In this document: one piece after another, positions 53,868 through 64,000 of the stretch
Position numbering within the stretch: position 1 is the first letter of the stretch
Layout: each line of letters opens with the position of its first letter
Assembly (NCBI RefSeq): GCF_006345805.1
Contig: NW_021833437.1
Coordinates: forward strand, 39,237-103,236
Reading direction: 5' to 3'
DNA: 64,000 nt
DNA from: Octopus sinensis
Lineage: Eukaryota
Notes under the pieces: generated by a model
Told to the model about the DNA's origin: nothing
Seen by the model: only the letters and a program-made list of their open reading frames with translations
The model's database searches: none
Translations under genes and position numbers: made by a program

Positions 53868-54031
53868 GCGCAGGAGTGGCTGTGTGGTAAGTAGCTTGCT
53901 TACCAGCCACATAGTTCCGGGTTCAGTCCCACTGCGTGGCACCTTGTACAAGTGTCTTCCATTATAGCCACGGGCCGACCAAAGCCTTGTGAGTGGATTC
54001 GGTAGACGGAAACTGAAAGAAGCCCATCGTA
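53868..54031 (+). mobile_element. SINE family 1, 5' half
   Basis: Family head. Confidence 0.88.
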
Positions 54032-54056
54032 TATATATATAATAATATATATATAT

Positions 54057-54109
<53 letters not shown>

Positions 54110-54451
54110 CAGATAGAGAGATACATACATACATACATACATACATACATACATACATACATACATACATACATACATGCATGCATACATATATACATAC
54201 ATATTCTGTGCTGACTATTTATAAAGCTATATAATTTTCTAGAAGTATCGATAGGTGTATGTTGTTTCGGTTCGCATTTTAGAACTCTAAACGTAAAATG
54301 GAATTATAAAATAAGAATTATACAGAAAATAGAATTATAAAATTAAACGCCTGCATGTATATATATCCACATTTGATGGTCAGAAGAAACGGAATTTGGT
54401 TGTTTAGGGGATGCGTAAATATATCGGGGCGTAAAGGTACATACATAGATA

Positions 54452-54548
54452 CACGGTGTTGTCAAAAAGTTCCTGGACTGGTTCTGTAGCGCGCCAACAG
54501 ATGGCAGCAAACGTTTGCGTGATGACTGAGAGCTAGCGGTGACCTGTA
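54452..54548 (+). mobile_element. Possible mariner-type terminus fragment
   Basis: TA followed by cacggtgttgtcaaaaagttcctggact resembles mariner TIRs; no partner end seen. Confidence 0.35.
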
Positions 54549-54579
54549 TGAGACCCTGTGATACTTAAGCGTCTGTAGA

Positions 54580-55389
54580 TACTTATATGAGTGTATATGA
54601 ATGTATGTAGGCATGCATGACTGTATGCATGCAGGCATGTGTGTATGTATGTATTATGTATACAGGCTGGTTGATGTGTATATTTGTATGCTAGAAGAAA
54701 AGCATATAAGTATGGAGATATACATAGCGATAAATACATGTTAGTGTATGGATATATGTATGTACGTATGCATATATGAATGTATGTATGTATATATGAA
54801 TGTATGTATATAGCCATGCCTTCATATATGTATGTAGGTATGTATGTGTGTATGTATGTACGTATGTATATATGAATGTATATATGTATTCATGCCTTTA
54901 TATATGTATGTGTGCATGTATACACGTGTGTATGTATGTACTTATGTATGCATGAATGTATAAATGCATGTATGCATGCATGTATGTGTGTATGTATGTG
55001 TGTATGTATATATGAATGTAGGAATGTATGTATTCATGCCTTTATATATGTATGTATGCTAGCATGTATGTGTGTATGTACTTATGTATGTATGTACGTA
55101 TGTATGTATGTATGTATGTATGTATGTATGTATGTATGTATGTATGTATGCATTCAAGCCTTCATATATGTATGTATGCATGTATGTATGTGTGTATATA
55201 TGCACGTATGTATATATGAATGTATGTATGTATTCATGCCTTTATATATGCATGTACGCATGCAAGAACGTGTGAATGTATGTAATTATATATGTATGAA
55301 TGTATGTATGCATGTATTCATGCTTTCATATGTGTATGTATGCATGCATGTATGTACGTATGAATGTATATATATGTTTTCATGCCTCC

Positions 55390-55422
<33 letters not shown>

Positions 55423-55674
55423 TGTATGTATGTATGTATGCATGTACGTATATAGCTAGTAATGCTGATAGGATAACAATATATGTATTTTGTTTGATGT
55501 GTGTATATGTATGCAAAGAGGAATACATACGTATGTATGGAGATGTATATAGAGATAGATAGGTACGTATGTATGTATTTATGCCCTACGTATTTCTATG
55601 TATAAGTGTTTATATGTATGGATGTATGTAAGTTTATATATGTATGTATATATGTATGTATGTATATATGTATG

Positions 55675-55708
<34 letters not shown>

Positions 55709-55880
55709 TGTATGTATGTATGTATGTATGTATGTATGTGTGTGTGTGTATGTATGTATGTATGTATGTATGTATGTATGTATGTATGTATGTATGTAGG
55801 TAGGTAAGTAGGAAGGTAGGTAGGTAGGTATGTAGGTAGGTAGGTAGGTAGGTAAGTAGTAGGTAGGTAGGTAGGTAGGT
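54580..55880. repeat. Degenerate (TATG)n/(TAGG)n satellite with recurring tcatgccttNatatatg units
   Basis: Direct reading. Confidence 0.88.
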
Positions 55881-56409
55881 CATTTTCAAGTTAAGAGATT
55901 CAAAATGTTCAACCATATGTAGACACGAGCTGGGGTGGAAGACGGGTGGGAGATTTTAACTTCTGAAAGGTAAGAGTGCGTGTAGCGGGGATATAGGAAA
56001 AGGGGGTGGTGAGTTTCAAGGCTGAAGGAGACCAAGCAAAAAAAAAAGGAAGGGTTGGCGGGATGAGGTGTTTTTCAGTGCTGGGTACAGACAGATACGG
56101 GTAGGTGATCGTTTGATAGATAAGCAGAAAAAGGATCGACGCGAAGCAGATTTCTTTGTTAGTAAAGAAAATTGAAATGTTTTGGTTGAGAAGTAAAAAA
56201 GAATATGTGGCTGTGTTGTTAGTTAGTGGTAGGGGTGGATGGTTAAGCCAAACTAAGGTGGTAGGTAGGTAGTTTCAAATTATGGAGTGAACGGGTCAGG
56301 TAGAGGGTTGAGGGTGTGTGAACGGGTGACATAGAGGGTTGAGGGTATGTGTAAGAAAAGTCGGTAGAGACAATTTTTTTTTGGTCTTTGTTTCTATTCT
56401 TTCGTTCTT

Positions 56410-56645
56410 TTCCTTTTTCACTCAGTTGACTGTGGCCTGGCTGGAGCACCGCCTTGAAGAGTTTTAATCGAAGAAATAATAAACCCCAGGACTTATGCTT
56501 GGTAAGCCAAGTACTTATTCTATCGGTCTGTTTTACCGAACCGCTAAGTTATGGGAACTTAAACATGCCAATATCGGACCAAGCGATGGCGGTGGGACAA
56601 ACACAGACACAATGACACTCTCTCTCTCTCTCTCACACCACACAC

Positions 56646-56725
<80 letters not shown>

Positions 56726-56846
56726 ACGGCTTCTTTCAGTTTCCATCTACCAAATCCACTTGTAGGGCTCTGGTCGGCCCGAGGCTATAGTAGAAGAAAC
56801 TTGCTCAAGGTGCTACGCAGCTGGATTGAATCCAGAACTAAGTGGT
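56410..56846 (-). mobile_element. SINE family 1
   Basis: Family body and tail. Confidence 0.82.
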
Positions 56847-57246
56847 TGAGATATTTTTTTAAAGTCAAGAAAGAAGGTAGTAGCTTTTGAGACTGGCGGC
56901 AATATTTGAGGGAGTTATCCTGAAACGGAAAAGCTGGCCAAAAGTTTTGCAACACAGTGGGGTCCACAAAAGGAGCCTAATGTGTCAGATGTTGTCACTT
57001 TTGGTTCCTTTTACTTGAGTACGCCATGGCTGAATTTGAACTCAAAACACAAAGATTCGAAGCAAACACTGCAAGGCATCCTGTCTAAAATTTCTTACTG
57101 CTCCACCAAGTTTCTAATTTCACCCCGAAGGGTCGAAAAGTAAATTGACAGCGACAGGATTTGAACTCAGAGAGCAGAGAGGCAAAATCGATATTATGAA
57201 ACGCCCTAACGATACTAGCAGTTCACCGTGTTTTCGAATACATATA

Positions 57247-57303
<57 letters not shown>

Positions 57304-57304
57304 C

Positions 57305-57482
57305 TATGTCTGTCTCCCCACCATCGGTTGACAATCGGTGTTGGTGCGTTTACATCCCGGAACTTAGCTGTTCGGCAAAAGAGATCGATAAAATAAGTAC
57401 TAATCTTATTAGTCATTAGGTCGATTCGTCCGACTAAAAGCGGCGCCTCAGTATGGCCGCAGTCAAATGACCAAAGCAAACA
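57305..57482 (+). mobile_element. SINE family 1, 3' half
   Basis: Family tail. Confidence 0.78.
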
Positions 57483-57536
57483 GAAGAATGTACGTATGTA
57501 TGTACGTATGTATGTATGTATGTATGTATGTATGTA

Positions 57537-57573
<37 letters not shown>

Positions 57574-57660
57574 ATGTATGTATGTATGTATGTATGTATG
57601 TATGTATGTATGTATGTATGTATGTATGTATGTATGTGTATGTATGTATGTATGTATGTA

Positions 57661-57691
<31 letters not shown>

Positions 57692-58328
57692 ATGTATTTG
57701 TGTATGTATGTATGTATGGCTGCATGTACGTATATGTGTATGTACGTATGTATACTGGTGGCGATTTGATCGATTAAACCCTACAAAGCGGTGCCCCAGC
57801 GTGGCCACAGAAAACACAAGGATAAGATAAGGAACCAGAAATAGCTACACTATGAATCATTTCAATGCCCCGTCACCCCCTCTCAAAACACTGCTGCGAT
57901 GCACACCGCCATCTTTTAGTGAAAAGTAACAGCAGCTGTTGCGCTTTCACCGATTCTAACATATTCGCCAACAACTTACCTTTCATGACACGACGATGTT
58001 TAGATTCTGCTTGGTATATTTATGTTTGGAATTGTGTTTTCGACAGTTAAACCTCTTATAACTGAAGTGATAAATTTCGAATAAGTTTACGTGCGTACGT
58101 TTAATAAACAGGCACTTAATTTTACTATGTAAATAAACTCTACATATGTGCGCGCGGCCTGGCCGTGCGTATAATATAATATATATAGGTTAATATATAT
58201 ATGTGTGTGTGTGTGTGTGTGCGTGTGTGTATGTGTGTACATATACTCATATGTAGGTATGTACATATATGCATATACATTCGTACATACATGTATATAT
58301 ACGTATATGTGTATGTATATATAAGTGT

Positions 58329-58385
<57 letters not shown>

Positions 58386-58404
58386 TGATTGATTGATTGA
58401 TATA

Positions 58405-58485
<81 letters not shown>

Positions 58486-58499
58486 CATATGCGTATAAA

Positions 58500-58690
58500 A
58501 GTTCAAATTTACAGAAAACAAAAGACGAAGACTGGCAAGGGTACAACAAGCAGGTGTATTAGTTTGACACTCGGGAAGAATGGAAAAGTTTTGACGTTTC
58601 GAGCCTGCGCTCTTCGACAGAATGGATTGAGATAAAACAAATGGAGAGAGAGAGAGAGCGGGAAAAATGGGAAGAGGAAAATGTGTAGGG
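58500..58690 (-). repeat. Short Penelope-pLTR-like repeat (copy 3)
   Basis: Minus strand ctgtcgaagagcgcaggctcgaaacgtcaaaac; similar to 20225-20400 and 53640-53790. Confidence 0.6.
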
Positions 58691-58829
58691 ATTAACGGTC
58701 CAACATGATGTGTGCGTGTGTGTGTGTGTGTGTGTGTGCTTATGTAATAATGTTTGCCTCCGACCGCCATGCGTGCCTCCCACCACGCATTTTAATATTT
58801 GCCTCCCACCATCCCATACCATCAGACAC

Positions 58830-59425
58830 GAGACTTTGTACAAGTCCAAGAAATAATCGATAAAACTCCGTAAAGTTCAACAGAGCCATTGCAAAGGACC
58901 TCAAGGTTTCAACTGGCAGCATCAGATTAGCTGTGTATGAGAGCATCCTGTACAAGTCGTATGTGAAGCGAAGAGTTCGATCCCTGCACAACGCTTGCCA
59001 AACAAGTTACAACACCAATAGTGTGGTACGCTTTCGTTTTGATTCGATGAGAAAAACTTCTACCAGGACCAAATGGAGAAAACGACAGACGGTTATGTCG
59101 AGACCGGAATAAGGTTCCAACAATCTTCTTTTTAAGTTCCCAGCAACGAGGGAAACCCATGCCCCAACTTTTTTTCACAGAGCTTAAGAATCAATACTTC
59201 TGTTTGTTGAAGAAATGTGTTAGACTTTGGATAGACGCAACGGAAAACCTTACGTCCCTCAACAAGACAGCTCTGGCTAATAAACATGATCATGTTCTCC
59301 CAAACTCATGGTCTCCTAGCTCGCCAGACCTCAATCCACTTGAATATTTAAGTATGGGGCGCGGTCCCATATTTACGTATGGGGCGCGGTCGTGATAGAG
59401 GTCAATGAACATCCCCATTACACCG
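58830..59425 (+). pseudogene. Decayed Tc1/mariner-superfamily (maT/DD37D-like) transposase
   Basis: RAIAKDLKVSTGSIRLAVYESILYKSY (HTH), FDEKNFYQDQ (first D), WSPSSPDLNPLEY; internal deletions. Confidence 0.75.
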
Positions 59426-59454
59426 TACAGCCTTTCAGTTCCACATGACCAGCA

Positions 59455-59681
59455 CTCTCTTACTTTTTTACTTGTTTCAGTCATTTGACTGTGGCCATGC
59501 TGGAGCACCGTCTTTAGTCGAACAAATCAATCCCAAGACTTATTCTTTGTAAGTTTAGTACTTATTCCATCGGTCTATTTTGCCGAACCGCTAAGTTACG
59601 GGGAGTAAACACACCACCATCGGTTGTCAAGTCATGTTGTGGGAGGGGGGGACAAACACAGACACAAACATACACATACGC

Positions 59682-59712
<31 letters not shown>

Positions 59713-59874
59713 CGACGGGCTTCTTTCAGTTTCCGTCTACCAACTCCACTCCCAATGCTTTGGTCGTCCCGAGGCTATAGATGACACTTGCCCAAGGTGC
59801 CACGCAGTGGGACTGAACCCGGAACCATGTGGTTGGGAAGCAAGTTACTTACCACACAGCCACTCCTATGCCCT
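59455..59874 (-). mobile_element. SINE family 1, full length
   Basis: Family head and tail. Confidence 0.9.
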
Positions 59875-60049
59875 ATGTCCAAAATTGATAGAAATCTTCA
59901 AATTCGAGCATGTCAACACTTCTGACACTGAATTACAGCAGCCATTGATACGAAAGGTAGATTAAATGAATCGGTGAGATAAAAGGATTTTCAAGATTAA
60001 TTGTTTGTATGTATTTGTTTTCAAATACGACTTTTCTTTGATGCGTATT

Positions 60050-60110
60050 TTGTATGTATGTATGTATGTATGCATGTATGTATGTATGTATATATGTATG
60101 TCTGTCTATC

Positions 60111-60142
<32 letters not shown>

Positions 60143-60160
60143 TGTATGCATGCATGCATG

Positions 60161-60191
<31 letters not shown>

Positions 60192-60302
60192 TTATGTATG
60201 TCTGTCTATCTATATGTATGTATGTATGTATGTATGTATGCATGCATGTATGTATGTATGCATGTATGTATGTATGTATGTAATTATGTATGTCTGTCTA
60301 TC

Positions 60303-60334
<32 letters not shown>

Positions 60335-60372
60335 TGTATGTATGTATGTATGTATGAATGTATGTATGTATG

Positions 60373-60403
<31 letters not shown>

Positions 60404-60585
60404 TTATGTATGTCTGTCTGTCTATTGTATGTATGTATGTATGTATGTATGTGTGTATGTAGGTATGTATGTATAAATGTATGCCTTAATGTATATATAT
60501 GTATGTCTGTCTGTATGTATGTATAAATGTATGTATGTATAAATGTATGTATGTATATATGTATGTCTGTATGTATGTATATATT
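60050..60585. repeat. (TATG)n satellite
   Basis: Direct reading. Confidence 0.93.
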
Positions 60586-60589
60586 TTCT

Positions 60590-60767
60590 TATTCTTTTAT
60601 TTGTTTCAGCCATTTGACTGCGCCTATCCTGGAGCACCACCTTTAGCCGAACAATTCAATCCCAGGACTTATTCTTGGTAAGCTTAGTAATTATTCCATC
60701 GGTCTGTTTTGCCGAACTGCTATGTTACGGGGACGTAAGCACACCAACATCAGTTGTCAATATCGGT

Positions 60768-60801
<34 letters not shown>

Positions 60802-60821
60802 ACACATACACACCAACACAA

Positions 60822-60862
<41 letters not shown>

Positions 60863-60989
60863 GACGGGCTTCTTCAGTTTCGTCTACAAAATCCACGCAC
60901 AAGGCTTTGGCCGGCCCGAGGTTATAGTAGAAGATATTTGCCCAAGGTGCCATGCAGTGGGACTGAACCACACAGCCACTCCTGCACCT
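60590..60989 (-). mobile_element. SINE family 1 with internal deletion in the head
   Basis: Family body; ggactgaacc is joined directly to acacagccactcctg. Confidence 0.85.
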
Positions 60990-61519
60990 GTGTGCATGTA
61001 TGTCATTATTTAGTTTTATTTCATCCTTTCGCGGTCGATAAATTAAGTAATAGTGAATCACTGGGGTCGATGTAATCGACTGGTTCCCTCCGGCTAAATA
61101 TTTCAAACCTTGTTTCTTTTATAGAAACGTAGGTAGGTAGGTAGGGAACTGACTGAATATATAACAGAAAAGGAAAAATGAAATAATTATTTTTAAAGAT
61201 TGATATGACATCGATGTTTTACGGAGAGGCTCTTGTTCAAAATTGTATGAAAAGTAACTATAGGCGAAACTTCGAAGAACCTGTCTGCTTCTCGCTTTTA
61301 TCTTTCCTATCACCTTCCCTTTATCTTTAGCATTTTTTTTGTATAGATGTGTGTGTTTGCGAGTGTGCATGTCTAGGTGTGTGGCGTGTTTGTGTATGGG
61401 TGTGTGTATGTACGGGTGTGAATATATCTAGGTATGTGTGTGTGTGTGTGTTTTGCGTATTTATTTATATTTCGATATAATGAACAGACGTTTACTTCAT
61501 TCTTTCTCACTCACTTTCA

Positions 61520-61669
61520 TTTCTCCCTCTCTCTCTCTCCTTCTCTCTATCTAGCTATCTATCTCTTTCTTTGTTTCTTTCGCTCTATTTCTCTCTCTTT
61601 TTCGCTCTCTCTCTCTCTCTCTCCTTCGTCTCCTTTTAACTACTTATCTCTCTCCCCGTCTCTCTCTTC

Positions 61670-61708
<39 letters not shown>

Positions 61709-61819
61709 CTATCTATCTATCTATCTGTCTGTCTGTCTGTCTGCCTGTCTGTCTTCCTCTCTCTTTCTCTCTCTCATCTCCCTTTAAGTACTTATCTTTC
61801 TCCCCCTCTCTCTCTCTTC

Positions 61820-61886
<67 letters not shown>

Positions 61887-62144
61887 GCATTCTTCATCTC
61901 TCTCTCTCTCTCTTTCGTTTCCCTTTAACTACTGGTCTCTCCCCCCTCTCTCCCTCTCTCTCTGTCTATCTATCTATCTATCTATCTATCTTCCCCTCTC
62001 TTTCTCTCTCTCGTCTCCCTTTAACTACTTGTCCAATCTCTCGTCCCCTCTCTCTCTTTCATCGTCCATTACATATATCTCATTCTCCACTCTCACTCTC
62101 TTTCTCAACCTCATTTTCTATCTCTCCTTTTCTCCCTCTCTCTC

Positions 62145-62182
<38 letters not shown>

Positions 62183-62200
62183 TCTCTCTTTCAGTCACTC
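61520..62200. repeat. (CT)n/(CTAT)n tract with four copies of a ccNtttaaNtact unit
   Basis: Units near 61627, 61775, 61915 and 62012. Confidence 0.8.
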
Positions 62201-62574
62201 ATCATCTTTCATCCACCTATTCTCACGGTTTATTTATTATAACTTCGACTCCCAGACACACCTTATTGCAATTATCTCTTCAAGACATGATAATATCAAG
62301 TTCATCCTTGTGATAATAACATAAACTAGATGGCGCTAGGGCATACAATTTTTTAACATTTTTTTTTTGTTCTTTTGGTAACAGATTACTGATGGTGGCG
62401 GTGGCGGTGGCGGTGATGCTACTGGTGGCGATATTATTCCCCACAAGGTCCCTCTTTGCCTAAATGCTGTTAAACTGCATCAACTGATACTGTTTTAGTA
62501 ATTATCGACAAAAAAGGTAAACAGATGTTACTATAATGTTAGTATAATACGTGTTAAAGTCATTAACAAAATAA

Positions 62575-62967
62575 TATCAACAACAACAACAATAACAACA
62601 GCAACGACAGTAATATTAATAATACTAATGATGATGATGATGATGATGATGAAGATGATGATGAAGATGATGATGGAGATGATGATGGAGATGATGAAAA
62701 TGATGATGATTGAGATGATGATGATGAAAATGATGGAGACGATGAGAATGAGGATGAAGATGATGATGATGATTATGGTGGTGGTGGTGGTGGTGGTGAT
62801 GATGATGATCATGATGATGATGATGAGAAGAAGAAGAAGAAGAAGAAGAAGAAGAAGAAGAAGAAGAAGAAGAAGAAGAAGAAGAAGCCTTTCTACTAAA
62901 AGTACAGGAACTGAAATGATAATAACAACAACAATAATCATTTATAACAGTAATAATATGAAATCAG

Positions 62968-63002
<35 letters not shown>

Positions 63003-63115
63003 AGGATGAGGTGGGAGGAGGGGGTGAGGAGGAGGAGGAGGGGGAGGACCACGATGACGACGATGGTAGTGCTGGTGGTGGTTTTGGTGTTGATGATAAT
63101 AAGCATTATGATTCT
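62575..63115. repeat. Compound trinucleotide microsatellite (GAT/GGT/GAA/GAG)
   Basis: Direct reading. Confidence 0.92.
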
Positions 63116-63167
63116 GGAATAAATAACTAAAATAATATATATATTATATATATATAAATATATATAT

Positions 63168-63206
<39 letters not shown>

Positions 63207-63228
63207 ATATTTATATATATATATATAT

Positions 63229-63265
<37 letters not shown>

Positions 63266-63515
63266 TATATATATAAATGAATAAGGCCAGTTGCAAAGCA
63301 ACTATCAAACAAGTACTGATGTACTAGTAAACGATATATACGGTGTAAGGCGATTGCCCGGGGATGTCTAATAAGATATTCGTATATGTACCACCTGTTT
63401 ATGTATCTATTATGAATATGTATATTTGTAAACTGCGTGTATATATGATTACATCCACACAATATACATACATACATACATACATACATCATATATATAC
63501 TATATGTATAATATA

Positions 63516-63558
<43 letters not shown>

Positions 63559-64000
63559 TATGTAACATATATATATGTATATACACACATAAAAGAACAT
63601 ATATATATCTATATATACAGACATATTCTCTTATATTTATATATACATTTTAAATTCACATAGATATGTATATATATATATATATATTCATAATAATACA
63701 TACACATATCTATATCTATATATCTATACATCTATATCTATATATGTATGTATGTATGTCTGTATGTCTGTATGTATGTATGTATGTGTGTGTGTACGTG
63801 TATTTACATATATATGTACGTGTGTGTGTGTGCGTGTATGTGTGTGTATTTATGTATGCATTTATATGTAAGCACACACACACACACGTATGTAGGAGAG
63901 TGCGTGTGAACTTCTGAGAAAATATTTCCGTGTGCGTGTGTATATGCGTCTGTGTTTTTGCATGTTTCTGTGTGTATATTCGAATATGAGTGTGTGTGTG

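Noticed and set aside
55880-56370. Purine-rich unique segment, possible old LINE piece
   Set aside because: No recognisable motif in any frame that I could support.

Overview
AT-rich eukaryotic, repeat-dense DNA, most likely intergenic or intronic octopus (cephalopod) sequence; the organism is inferred from the microsatellite load and recognisable SINE families. I find no intact host protein-coding gene, and almost all ORFs in the supplied track are microsatellite artefacts. Content: (i) three or more tRNA-derived SINE families, one carrying a Nin/Deu-like domain, some with clear TSDs; (ii) decayed DNA transposons: a full-length Tc1 copy with TIRs, mariner and maT-like fragments, a piggyBac-type TTAA MITE, a hAT MITE, and Helitron/HINE-like elements; (iii) LINE relics (CR1/L2-like RT, R4/Dong-like RLE, RTE); (iv) a Penelope-like GIY-YIG endonuclease relic; (v) a 13 x 118-bp tandem array amplified from a SINE fragment and a 20-bp minisatellite. 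The most notable signal is a set of type-I hammerhead ribozyme folds in several unrelated short repeats. Two have an intact catalytic core (43031-43123 minus, 50355-50397 minus), one keeps both core motifs but has a weak stem II (28896-28954 plus), and several are decayed. They sit in Penelope pLTR/retrozyme-like units lying in or next to (TA)n tracts, often with fold-back arms. A G:U-rich 125-nt hairpin at 18011-18135 is a second structured-RNA candidate. All folds were read by eye, not computed.
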